The translations under genes were made by a program, and so were the position numbers. The notes beneath the pieces are model-generated. The model worked only from the letters and a program-made list of their open reading frames with translations. It was not told the origin of the DNA and did not search any database. From the NCBI GenBank assembly GCA_051294375.1, contig CM119263.1, forward strand, positions 12,191,130 to 12,255,129: 64,000 bases of DNA, written 5' to 3'. This DNA is from Paraspadella gotoi. Lineage: Eukaryota > Animalia > Chaetognatha. This document shows, piece after piece, positions 41,401 through 54,366 of this stretch (positions are counted from its first letter, which is position 1; the number at the start of each line of letters is the position of its first letter).

Positions 41401-42070
41401 ATTACAAAACACTAACACAATCTCTCCCTACCAGTACTCTATATCCCATTGTCGCTGTTCAACTTTCTTGTCAACACTTTCGTAATTAGCCTCGGCCTTT
41501 TTATTGGCAAAATCTGTTCGTACCTTTTTTTAGTAAGGTAGAAAAAAAAATTGTTAGCTTCTTTAATTTAATGCAATAAATTTGTAATAGAACAAAACGA
41601 AAAAGCAAGGTTAAAAATATTTCAATTACTTAATCTACATTTATAGCATCTGTTCTTAATAGAAATATTTTTGATAATTATATATAATCATAAGTCTTAA
41701 TTGCTTGCGCACTCAAGAGCAAAATAAACTAATAGAATATAGACCGACCATCGTATCTTTGAGGGCCAATGCAGGATCTTTGAAATCCTTTTCCGTCGCG
41801 TCAGTGAGAATTTCGGGACATCCTTTTTTTTTTAGCGAAAAATATACCATCGAAATATATGTTTCAACTAAACACAACGCACTTTGTCTATCGGTTACCT
41901 GATTTTGGCAAACAGCCCCCAAAAGGTAAACCCTTCACAAACTTTTCCCGGTCAACTTCGTTGCACGTCAAGGGGGGTACGGGTCTTCCGTATTCATCGG
42001 GATCATCAGGAAAGTGAACTTTTTTCATGTGACGAACGTAGCTTTCGGGGTTCGTGGCGATTTGCAATTC
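35485..42070 (-). CDS. TEKT3: Tektin (TEKT3/TEKT5-like, divergent); start codon unresolved
   Basis: Exons encode EQRQWDIEYW, LKCIEWRDRRTGEDCFLDDIQKELYKEVELI, DPTVSYPETWGQASKDSVLTSQDERLRSSNLRAEIENL, the tektin loop RPDMENCRD (canonical RPNVELCRD) and KSIYIDEDQCL; stop TGA at 35485-35487. Confidence 0.85.
36438..36549. mobile_element. Deleted copy of the 2583-2768 palindromic element
   Basis: Same ends (gtagaaaat...attttctac) and internal aacgagttttacattgaatccgaaacaggtccgaaat...ttcttaataaaac. Confidence 0.6.
36905..37365. mobile_element. AT-rich foldback/MITE-like palindrome in a tektin intron
   Basis: Inverted arms, e.g. atcggatttagattccttgcaaaaagttgataaa versus tttatcaactttttaacgaggaatctgaatcagat. 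Confidence 0.55.
37670..37720 (+). repeat. Short interspersed repeat shared with 44610-44655
   Basis: ataaccgaccgcaaaatcccggt(c/t)ggcgaat...agccat occurs at both sites. Confidence 0.7.
38290..38790 (+). repeat. CT-microsatellite-containing interspersed repeat shared with about 45620-45830
   Basis: gctgcc.cttctgatt.gact.aaaac, then a CT tract, then atcgaaatcgt...catc.ca.tcg.gca...ttaccat, at both sites. Confidence 0.6.
39530..40220. repeat. Interspersed repeat, copy 2 (see 15235-15770)
   Basis: Colinear similarity with 15235-15770. Confidence 0.75.
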
Positions 42071-43161
42071 TTTAAGACATCTATCAAAAACAATTTGTTC
42101 ACTCTGTTTAATGGATCTGGAAGTTTTTAATAATCTTAATATTTTACTTTTCCGTCTCGCCGGTTTCTGATGATTCTTTTTTAGCCAGGGCCATTCTAAG
42201 GCTTCAAGTTAACTACCTAGATAGAACTTTTTTATAAAAACTTTCTACGTTCGTTTTGCCAAAAAATTGATTTAAATTTTATAATTTTTTTAAACGGTAT
42301 TTCGGAAGAATAAAACTGAATTCTTTTTCAAATTGCACTCGCTAATAATTTAATTAATTGAATTCGATTTCACTTTGAAAATCATCAAGTTCTATAGCCA
42401 GCAAATAAACCCGTCTTTATCTAGTCGTTACCTTATCCAATATCCAGGTTCCAGTTTGCCAGCTTCAGCCTCGCTAAACCTTTCCAGTCGCCGCGCGACA
42501 GAGTAAACAAGAACAGTAACGGAATGGAATTTCAGCGGCTCTTCTGGGATCGACTAAAAACTGACGTGAAAACCTTCTGAAAATATAATCACTTTAAAAT
42601 TATAAAATAACCTCAACTTACAGCTAACTTACAATACTATTCAATTATTCATACTATCAAATGAACTCTCTACAATGGTTTCGATTTTTACTGTTTCTTG
42701 TGACAACGATCGACCTAAAATCGGCTTTTGGATGAATAGCAGATTATTTCTTGACAACAGCATTCGTTTCTTCACGTTTGTTTGAATTAAAAAGACAATT
42801 TTTAAAACCTACCTGAGAATAGTAATTGTTCGCCCTCTGTTTCAACTGAGTCGAATTGGGTTTCCCAAAAAATAATTTCGATCTCTGTCTCAACCCAGTT
42901 AATGAAGCCAATTATCTCCAGTAACCATCTAAATAGAGAAATGTGGGTTTCTCTCTTTATCGATCAACTAAAAACTTATCGTTCTGTGACAATGTAAACT
43001 CTTACTGACAGTCTGAGAAACAAATTCTAGCTTTTATTTGTCTCGACAAATCAAGTCTTCAACATAAAATAAACGCTCGTGATGTTCGTCGACTCGATAC
43101 TTTCTAGTTGTCCGACCAAACCGCCAAATCATTTTAAAACTCATTCACGGAATTAGTCGAC

Positions 43162-45118
43162 ATGCGCAAGTGGAGAATGACTCGTCGACAGGCATTCGGC
43201 GGGACAATCCTTTTATGTTTTTTAATGATCTCAATAAGGTAAGGCAGACTCCGTAAACTGCTCTTTGAATTTTAAATAATTTTGAAGATTCCAAGAATTC
43301 GTTTTATAAAAGATTAAGAAGTAAGAAAGGTAAAATTAAAAAAATAGGAAATCGATGATTATATAACGTACACATTACACATTTTATGTTATAAATATGT
43401 ATTTTACTCATTTTTTATTTATGAATTATATTACAAGTGAAGAACGTCAAAAAATAGCTTTGAGATAAGAGGTTTGGCCGAGGGAGGGATATCGTAATGT
43501 TTGTAATTGTAACGATGACTTGCATCCCTTCAGATTCAGTCCCCTCGTTCGTCAAGACGCTTGCCAAGGCTGCCACTCCCACCGCCTTCATTTGACGTTC
43601 GACGCCCGTGATGTTTGCTCCCACGTCCCATCGCCGCTGCTGGCGATTCTTGTTCACTCTCGCCCAAAGTCCCGTGAGAAGCGCGATGCCATTCGACGGA
43701 CGTGGGCCGCCGGCGCCAACGGGAGGTCCGGCGGCGCCACGGGATTGCGTCACGGCGCTGAGAAAAAAAACCCAAAAATCGTCGTGGTTTTTTTGTTCGG
43801 CAAAAGCGGCGATCAAAATACTGATGAAAAATTAGCCAAAGAGAGCCTTGAATTTGGGGACGTAGTACAGGTTGGAAAATTCAACTTGTATTATTTTGTG
43901 CGCCTTAAATAAATTCTTTTGAATGGATTAATTTAGATTATGCACTAAAAATGACAATATTTCCAAATAAGAAAAATCGTATTTTTACTTATTTCTCTGC
44001 TCCCGATTTTCAAGGATGACTTTGTGGATACTTACCGAAACGTCACGCTGAAGGCGATATCGGGTCTCGCGTGGGCGACTCGCTTCTGCGCCGACGCCAG
44101 GTTCGTTGCCAAAGTCGACGACGACGTCTTCCTCAACGTTGTCAACGTCGTCCGCTATTTGGAGAATTTTCGATCCGACATCCTCGTCGGAGGAAGCTGT
44201 GCCTGGCAGAGGCCGAGACGGAATCCGTTTGATAAAGTGAGTTAGCATTGAGAGAGTTTGGAACTAAAATGAAAACGGGTAAGTTTACTTTTTGACGACC
44301 GTAACCAACCTTAGCTACCGCCGGTCGGTGGTTTATTAATCGCAGGATTTTTTTTTTTAATATCAATTTTTACTTTGTGCAGTAATTTTTTTTAAATTTT
44401 ATTTATATTTTCATTAATTAAAAAAACATTTTGCAAAAGTAATATAATGTAACGAGTTTTATTTAAAATTATTTTTTAATATATATTTTTTTTAATTAGT
44501 AAAAGAAATTTATGTTCCCAAATAAAATTTTTAATTAAAAGTTTTACTTTAATTTTATCATTTTTTTTGCATAATAAGAATTTAATATGTCGCTCACAAG
44601 AAGCAAAAGATAACCGACCGCAAAATCCCGGTTGGCGAATATACAATTTAGCCATGAAGGCCAGCTAACGAGATTCAAATCCATCAGAGGCAAAGGGATA
44701 AATACCTTGAAAGGGCACAAATCGAGGGATAGTTATGTAGTTCAATTCAATTGAAGTTTTCGAAGTTTTTCAAACGCTTCTTTTTCAGTGGTACGTGAGC
44801 CCCTTCGCATATCCCCATCTCAATTACCCCACCTATTGTCACGGCTTCACCATCTTATACTCCCGCTCCGCCGCGTGCCTCGTCTACGCAGCTACCAGAG
44901 ACGTTCCCTTCTTTCGTTTGGACGACGTCTACCTCACGGGGCTCGTGGCCAACCGTTTCCTTGGACTTCCGATCACAAACATTCATGGGATCTTCATAGA
45001 TGGCGTTAGAAATAAGGATGTTTGCTTTCAAAAAGATGTCGTACTTTCGGCTCACGGAAGCTCCGGTGAAAATTTAGAGACCGACTGGAAAAAGGTTTCC
45101 GAGGCCGAATGTCTATGA
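43162..45118 (+). CDS. B3GALT: Beta-1,3-galactosyltransferase family (GT31) type II membrane glycosyltransferase
   Basis: Four exons. N-terminal signal anchor (FGGTILLCFLMISI), RDAIRRTW, DFVDTYRNVTLK, FVAKVDDDVFLN (DxD), KWYVS...YPTYCHG, LDDVYLTG. Confidence 0.92.
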
Positions 45119-48100
45119 CATCCGCCGCGAAGTGCAGATTTATGATAAAAATAAATTTAAACATACTTTTACTGTCAACTTAATTTCGTGGTTTTTCTAT
45201 CTTTATCAAGGAAACTATATATTAAATAATTAATATAAAAAGTAACTCGAAAGACCAACTTTGTCAGTTTTTTAGTTTTCTCCGTATTTAGTATTAGAAT
45301 TAAATTTTAGATTTTAAAAAGATTTCTGGAGTCTTACTCAATTATATTTTTTTATTGCTACAGTAAGATCAATTTCAAATGCCACAAAAGAATTGACTCT
45401 CGCTCGATATGTGTAATATTTACAAAAAATTGATAAGATAATATAAAGGACTGTTTTAGAACCATTCTACTAAATAATTTTATTTTCTACTAAAAACGAG
45501 TATTTTAATGAAGAAACGGGGTTGTCCAACTTGGCAGAATAATTTAGGAATTTAAAGCTTTTATTTTTTTTTATTTTATTTTTTTTTATGTCGCTCTCTC
45601 CCTCTCTCTCTTTTTCTCAGTCGCTGCCCCTTCTGATTTGACTTAAAACTCTGCAGTGACTGGACTTCTTTCTTTCTCTCTCTTTCTCTTTTTTTTTAAA
45701 ACAATTATACTATCAGGATCGAAATCGTAACGTTAATCATCGCAATCGCGCATTTTCTTATTTTACCATTGCAAAACCACTTTTTATTTCGTTTTTTCTC
45801 TTCCACTCTTTTTTTAATTTTCTATCTCTTTATCTCTCCTATATTTATTCATTCAATTTCTTTATTTAAATTAATTAAATTCGTTCAATTTAATTAATTC
45901 AGTTCATACTTTTAAATTTATTTATTCAATGCAATTTATTTATCTTAATTCTTTTATTTATTTTAATTAAATAAATTTTATTCATTCATTCAATTAATTT
46001 CATTCAATTCATTTCATTTCGTTTTATTGATTGATTGCATTTTTTAAACATTTTCCCATCAACGATTCCTTATCATCAAATCAATAATTTAGTATCATCA
46101 CATAAAAAATTTGGTATAATCAAATCAATAATTAGTTATCATCGCATTAATAATTCGTTTTCATCGCATCAATTCATTATTATTGCAATATTTTCTTTTT
46201 TTTTTCTTGGGTAGAAACGTTTGGCGAAATTTTTTTATTTTAATTTTAAGATTTTTAATACCTGATGTAAAAATGATACTGAAAAGTGTAACTTAGGTTT
46301 GTTCTCGTTTGGAAATAGCTCATTCTGTTCAGCTCATTCTCTGCATTCAGTTGATGTGCATATTCGTAGATTTTATATATATAAAGGTCACACTTAAAAT
46401 CATTTTAAGCTTGATTTTAAAAGTTTTTAAATATCCTTAATATGGTTAGCGGTGGCCGACCAAATTCAAATTGTAATGGGAACAGCATTAAACCATTCCA
46501 TTATTGGGATTAATTATTGTGTTAAAATAATTTTTGCAAAAATGACTCAAACCATGAATAATTCGCTAATTAAAATTATTATATTGCTATATAATGTCAA
46601 AAATTTTTTTAATAGTTTAAGTTTTTTATTTGATTCTGATAGAGCTCAAAAAGTTAAGCAAAAAAGGTAATTACAAATTTTTTAAATTTTAATGTTTTAT
46701 TACTAAAAATTAATAAAAACTTAAAATCATCGTATGATAATGATGATTTTTTAAGGTTTTTCACAATTTTAACTCACTTATCATCAAAATATTGAAAAAA
46801 GAATTATACTTTGTTTAAAAAACTTTTCATAAGCCATCTGAATCTGCTTTTTAAAAAATAATTTTTTTTTAAAAAAATGTATTGACATTTTCTATTTATA
46901 AATAAATAATGAAAAATTCATTACTAGTGCTTCTAGCCATAATAAAAAATTTTGGTCCATTGAAATTAAAATGTATAAAGTTTCATTTGGGAAGGTTCCC
47001 AAATCAAGCTTTTGACTCACCCCATTGACAGAGAATGGCCCTAATATGGTACTCTAATTTTTTCTTATGTAAAATACTTTTTACGCGAAGCTCAATTCTT
47101 TTCTGGTATTTGAAATTAATCTTACTGTAGAAAGTTGTTGCATGTCATTCACAATGTTCGAAAAATGTTTTCATTCGTTCTAATTAAATCTAAATAACGT
47201 CTTTATTTTTTGACTCATTGCATTTGTTCGTCATTTAATCGGTTAAAAATTATAAAATAACATTTACAGAATCAAATGAAGTTTTTATTACAATTAATAC
47301 GCGGTAATCGACCATTAAATTTAATCCAGGAAGAAACTGAATGATACTGGATTTAATTTTATAAAAGACACGAGTCAAGCTTGATTTAAAATTCAAGCAA
47401 ATTTGAATGAAACGAACGGAATTTTCAATTTTCCAGTGAACGATTTTTTGGGGGACTCAATTACAGAAAATGATGATAAATTTACAATGAATAAAATATT
47501 AGGGTGAAGAAAATCAAATTAAATTTAATAAAATACATAATGTTAAAGGATTTCATTTTATTGCAAAATCAGACAACGACAAAAATCAGGATGAAGCAGA
47601 CAGAGAAACCAATGGATTTGCAAACAAATTGTTTGAATAGTAAACGCGAAATATTGTTTTTAAAACTAAGGAAGCCAATTCTTGTTCCTTTTTTTGACGA
47701 GATGAAGAAACAAGGTATCACATATTCACAAGAAAAGGACGAGTTTGACGGAGTTTGTATTTTACAACAGAGATATTAGAAAGAGCCGAAATGAATTTGA
47801 GACGTACGTACTTAAGTTTCTGATAAGTTGCACACTACATACTTCTAAGAAAATTTCTGAATTGGATCGAACTTTGGGAATATTTATGGTTATATATATT
47901 TATATATATTCTTTACATCATTTCAGCTCTTTATTATGTTCGTTCTAATCATCTAAAAAGAAAAAAGGTTAAGACCAGAGCTTTTGAAAGGCGTTTTAAC
48001 AACTAACAACAGTTATATTTCAGTAATTTGTAATAACTCGTATGTTGTAATTACTCTTTGGTTGGTTGACAGCTAAATTCGCTAAGAAAGCGAGAAGAAA

Positions 48101-48481
48101 TTTAAAACTTAAAAAAAAAAAAAAAATTATCGAAGCCACTTCCGGTGAAAGGGAAAATACCCTTCGCGATTAAATTAAAACCTGACTAAAAAGACGATTG
48201 AGCGCTAAGGCAAAGCAATTACTTATTTTATTGTTTTTTTTTTAAGTTAAGCGAAGCGAATTTTTCGAGAAAAATTAATTGAAATTGTTTCAAAATATAA
48301 CAATATCGATTAAGTGACCATAAACTTATATTCGACTTGTTTACAAAAAAAGGAGGTATTTAATTTCCATTTCCATAATATATTTTTTCTCGGAATATAA
48401 TCGGATTTTTTAAAAATTTTTTCATAAAGTTTTTCCTCTAACGAGTTTGACGACAATAGGAGTTCTGTTAGGATCTAAGAG

Positions 48482-51400
48482 TTACTCGGTGTAAACGACG
48501 GGCGGGGGCGGCCGCGGTGGGGTGCTGGATTCGACGGGCGTAAGATCCTTCGAATCGGTCGGCGGTTGGATGGGGATGATGTCCGCCCGACCGTTCTCCG
48601 TCACGGGCTGCAAAACGTTATTGGTATGAAAAAAAAAAGGAACGCAAAATGCAGAGGGTGATCAGCGACAGCATTCGATGGTGAGTGTCTTATCGCATTA
48701 AAATTTCCAGTTATTAGTGTTTTTCTTCTAAGCGAAAATTCTCAGTGTGCGAGTTTTGAACAAAAAAAGTGAGGACAATTACGACTGTTAATTACGTTGA
48801 ATGAGTGACAAAAAGTAAAACAATTTAACCCATTTATCTTGACGTTACTTTTTCATGTCTCAATATTTTTTTTCTTCCAGAACCCCATGAGAAAACCATT
48901 GAGTAACAACAACGAAAAATTACCATTTTTTTTTACGGGAGACTTTCGGGAACCTATGGGTTATATGTTTAGGTCACATGTTTACAAACGAAAAAAATAA
49001 CTTCAGTGCATGTGTTTGGTACGTAAAACGTGATGCAGAGCTACTAGAAACCAAGAGGCCCTTCTTGAGGGGGCTTTCCTACCTTATTTTATCATGATAT
49101 AATCGCCATCTTGCTGTAGCAGTTTTAAGGATGAGACAGGGGTTAAATATTTAACCTCAAAACGTCGAACAAAACGGACTTGTTTTTTTTTGGGGGGGGG
49201 GGAAGTTATCAAAAATAGTTTCTTACCGGTTTTTTGATGTCGTCGTCCTCGAGCAGAGGTTCCGAAGGCTTCATCTCGGATTCCACTGGCCGAGACTCTT
49301 CCACTTTCACTTCTTCAAGATCTACCGGTTTCGATATTCCTGATGCAAATCAGAAACATACGTAAAGCAATCTAGGGTGGTGACTGGTGAAGTTGTCGTG
49401 AAGGTAGGCAGTAAAGAGAGTCATATATCTTACTAGTAGAGAAATAGAAACTACGTACGACAAAAAAAATGTAACGGAACATTTTTAGGGGGGGCTGAGG
49501 TCTAAGAGCTATCCTCGGTATACATACTATGCCATAATATGGAGTGACTGAAAAAAATTTAACTAACATGATATTGCGTGAATTTATTTATTTTTTTTTC
49601 AATTTGAATAATTAAGGCATGCTGAGAGAACCTTTTTTGCTTTTTCTCAAACCACTGATTTCAGTGGAAATTTCTACGTAAATTAAAAGCGAATTTTATT
49701 TTCATAGCTCTAAATGTAAAAAGTCACGTTTTACGCCGAACGCCTCGTCGCTAAATTTTATACCTTTAATTGTTCCATTATTATTTTCAAAATTAGAGGA
49801 GCCTTTGCTCGGGATCCTTCGGAAGTTGGCTTTTTAATAAATGAAAGAACCGTACTATATTGTCAGCGTACCGTTGACAAACTAAGCCTTGTGCACATGT
49901 ACGTATACAACTATGTAAATTTATGACAGTATTATCACCCATAATAATGACTTGTAATTTTCACATTATCAATAATTAATTTAACGTAAGTGAAAGATAA
50001 ATTAAATGGCTCACCGCCGTCCGAGGACGCTGACGTGCCTTTTTCAACTTCGAGAGATCCTGGTTATTAAAGAAAAAAAAAAGATAACAAAAGGCAAACG
50101 AATTGTATTGAAAATTTAATATTTATGTCTAAAAATATTTACTAAAGATAATACATGATACTTTTTGCTGAAAGTAGAAGGGTAAGTAGGTCAATATAGT
50201 AACCATTTTAGGTATTAACAACTACTTACGTTTCACAACTAGTTTCATGATATTCTGACCTGTCTGATAGCACCGTTGAGTACGACCAACGATAACAAAT
50301 ATTAATAAAGATTCGAAGAAATAATAAAAAAAATTGGAAATGAGAAAGTAAACGTGAAAAAGACACTGTAGTCGGGCATAGCAAAGTTCACCCCGCCTCT
50401 AAGCATGACACCTTCAGTCCTGACCCGGTGGCTCATTGAGTAAAGCCATCAGCTCATGACCACTAGGTACCGGGTTCAATCCCAACCCGGTACCTACCCT
50501 GCGGGAAGTGTGAGGACGGCCGTAAGCCGCCTTGGGGGCGTGGAAAACCCTCAAGCCTGGTTCCAAGCCCAGGACCCGTTCCATAGCTGCTAGAGGGGGT
50601 TAAAGAAGTTACGGATAGTCATCTTCAGCCCACTTAGCGCCTTATCCACAACACGATTCTATGTTCAGTATATTTTAGGTAACTGGATAAATATGATAAA
50701 TATTAAAAAAAGAGAAATTTATTTTAGAGGCAGAAAAATCTAGAACATACAAACAACGATTTCTTTTAATAACATGCAATATACAAGTTGCGAGCCTTCA
50801 GCGCGAAATCATTCGTTCTTAAACAAAATAAAATATCTTCGATTTTTTTTTTGCCACTAAAAAAGAAATTTCTGACTTCCCTCGCCTCCCGAACTCACCT
50901 TGTTTCTTAGGACAGAGTAAGTTCTTTTTCCACATGACCACGAGGAGAAGAGCGCATATGATTATGAGGATGATGGCGATGATAACTCCGGCGATAGTTC
51001 CGGCGTTGTCAGACTCTTGGGGTTTTTCCGTCGTTTCCGGAGCCTCGATACGGTTCTTGCCTGAGGGAATGAGTAAAGTCTTGCTTAATTGTCAACATTC
51101 GATGATGGAGGAGAAGAGACGCCTTTCATCGCTTTCCCAGCAGCTCGACTCGCCTTCGCCGATCTCCGTGATATCTCCATCGGCGTCCATTCCGTAGATT
51201 GCGAATTCAACTGGAAGATCCTTCTCCACGACGGCAACTCTTACGCGAATTTCCGTGCCCTCTATCTCATAAGTGATGTTCGCCGTCCCGTTGAGGACTT
51301 TGGTTATCAACTAAGGGAAACGTGACAATTTTACAGTTTTACCAGTCGAGGTAAGTTTGAAATCATGTACATGCACGAAGGTTAATTTTACATAATTTAA

Positions 51401-54308
51401 AAAGCCTCAATAATATATTTTATAAGCTCGTGTTGTGCAGATGTGTACCTCTATTTCCAGAAGACTACACAAACATCCCTCTCCCCTTTATAATAATAAT
51501 AAATGCACAGATTTAAAATTCATATATATATAATTTTTCAAAAATTTAGTTTAATATAGTAGATCAAGTAATTTTGAAATTTCCTCAAAGCTAAGTAAGG
51601 TAAGCGAATAAAAAAACAAATGCTCATGTGGGAGCGATTCGATTCGAAACGAATCGAAACGACTCACGGATTTCGGCGCCGGATTTCCCTCGTAGACGAT
51701 CGTCCGGACGAGCACACCATCTCGCGATTCGTCGTCGGACGAGGAGACCCTCTCAACAGGGAAGTTGATGGAGAGCGTGATGTTGGCCTCCACTCCCTCG
51801 TCGATGTCGACCTCGCCGTCAGATCGTGCGGCGGCGCGTGTGGCTTCGGGGGCGTCGGCGACGACGGCGTGACAGATCAGCATGACTCCATTGTCGTTTT
51901 TTGTCGGGACAAAGGAGAATAGCTGGTGGTGGAGGGTTATTGTATCTTACAAAGATTGTATGATATATATTATATAAGGGAGTGATCTTTTCATACAATT
52001 GAAACATTCTTTGAAATATTGATAGGGAAGCCAGGTACTCTGGGAATAAATAAACGAGACTGAGAGAGTCTTGATTGAAAGCTTGCAGGGACCTGTTATG
52101 TCATTATCTTGTAAGAGTGATGGAGGACTTAAACCACCAAAGCCTGTCCAAAGTCAGGGGCAAGATAGCTTATTTATTAAATGAATGGATAATTTTTATA
52201 TTGGTTGTACCAATTTCATAAAAGTAAATCTACTCTATCTCTCATTTATACTTTCGTCTTTTGTTATTGTTATTTCGTCATTGTCGCCGTCGTTAACCAA
52301 TAAAACTCTTTTTCGACTCACCTTTCCATTTCCCAACTTGTTATCTGCTTCGACTTTGTTCTTGTACCACGTGACTTTGGCAAGGTCGGGCTCCACGGGG
52401 CACGTGACGTTAAGCGTCTTTCCAGCGACTCCGGGGTCTGGTGACTGCTTCGGATCACCCGTGATTTTCGCCGGAATCAATTGGTAGATGCGGGCGGTTT
52501 CTGTTGGGCGATATCCGTTGTTCGTAGGAGGTGGAACGGACATTGGTGGATTGGTTCAGTGAAGAGTGGGGAAAGTGGTCGGGAGAAGGTGGGGGGGGTG
52601 AGAAAGGAAGCGTGAGTGATTCGACCATAAATTACTGGTTTTCAAATGTGCGACAAATGAGAAATCACAGGGGTGAAAACACATTTATTCGTAATTACTG
52701 GGGATGTTTTACATAATTGTGATTTTTTAATGAGGGAAATTAATTAAATTCTCAATTCGTCGATCGACGAATAAGTTGGAAACGTTCAAAAATCACTGAG
52801 GCTTTTTTTTTTTTTTGGGAGTTGTACGTGTGTCAGGATATAGATCATATTTAAATTGTTATATTTTACGTTTATTTTAAAGGTAATTAAAAGATTTTTC
52901 CGCGCTCTTGCGCAAGTGCGAATCTATCATTATGTGCGAGTAAAGAAAGAGGGGACGGCACGTCGTCTCGTTCTCGTGTTGATTTCTATTGTGTTCGGTG
53001 TTCACTTCTATCCCCGTCAAAGTTAGCATTGCGGGCACGAATCTTTGCCACGAAAGCAAATATTCGTATTTTTCTTTTGTTTCAAAATGAAATGGAAGCA
53101 AAAGACAAGCCAAAAGACAAGTCGATCGACACGTTACAATTACCGTGTATACCAAGATCAAATATTAACGTTGACAGCTCAATTTATCAAAATAATTTAT
53201 TAATCTAACAGATATCACTTTTTATTTATTTTCATAAACTGATATTCACTGCGTTTTGAATACATATTTTTAAGAATAGTTTTAAGAATTCATTGGACCT
53301 GGTTACACGGTACCTTGAGTCGTAACGAAGTCTGATCGTGGAACATTCAGTCTTCAGAGAGAAACAAAGCTTAGTTAATAGTTAACATTTAAGTAATCTT
53401 ACAAAATAGAAGTTTCTGGATTATAAGAATAGTTTAGCAAAATAAATAACAGGTCTTCTTTTTTTTCCGCAATAACTGGCGCGAGAAAAGCTTTTAATGC
53501 AACAAACGAACACAGATGAAGCAAACGGCACAAAGCTCGATATAAAATTATTTCAAGCATCAACGCATCGCAATTTTTTTTCTGATAATTATGTCAAATC
53601 TATGAACAGTGTTCATTGAACACTGCCTCTTCGAAATACGGGTCGTCGTCTTGGTCCGTGGTAACGATACAGTAACGGTAACGATGGTTACTAAGTCGTC
53701 CTGCATCGTGAATTTAGTAACCTTACTTTCTTTCGGGTCATCGCCACTCTGTTTTAAAGTTCAAACCTGAAGAATCTGTTTCGACATTCGAAATTTGTTT
53801 TTTTTTTAGGAAATGGGGGGCGGGGAGTTGGATGTTGAGAGGGTGCAGTGTGATAGAAGAGTTGGGTGACAGTGGAAAACATAGATCGGTGATAAAAAGG
53901 GTTTCGGGAGGTAGAAAGGGTGGAGTGGGGGTAGTAAGCGAAAGGACGTTCTTTTTTATTTTTCTTTTTTTTTTTTTTTTGTTCTCTTAACTAATTCACT
54001 CTTTCACGATTTGTCATCAGACTTCTTTTCGGCTGGGGGAAAGAGGGGGGGCCGAAAACGTCAAGATAGACGGATATAAACGATTTCCATGTTTGGAATT
54101 CGGGATAAATTAACTACTAAGCTTTCATTTTTTTAAAATGTAGTTTTTAACCAAAATTATATTCATTTTGAGCGAAAAACCGTCAGAACCGAATTCACAG
54201 CCGTTTTATTCAAGTCACTGCACAATTTTTCTCTCCTCAATCATAATGATAAATAAAAAGGACAATTTTTTTCGGGGAGCTCTGACGCAAACAAGATCAA
54301 TTCTCTCT

Positions 54309-54366
<58 letters not shown>

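Noticed and set aside
47260-47810. Short plus-strand ORFs with exon-like borders
   Set aside because: No consistent frame or recognisable motif; cannot be supported as a gene or transposase.
50422-50493. Functional tRNA-Met gene
   Set aside because: Acceptor and anticodon stems are mismatched and there is no terminator right after; it reads as a SINE head.
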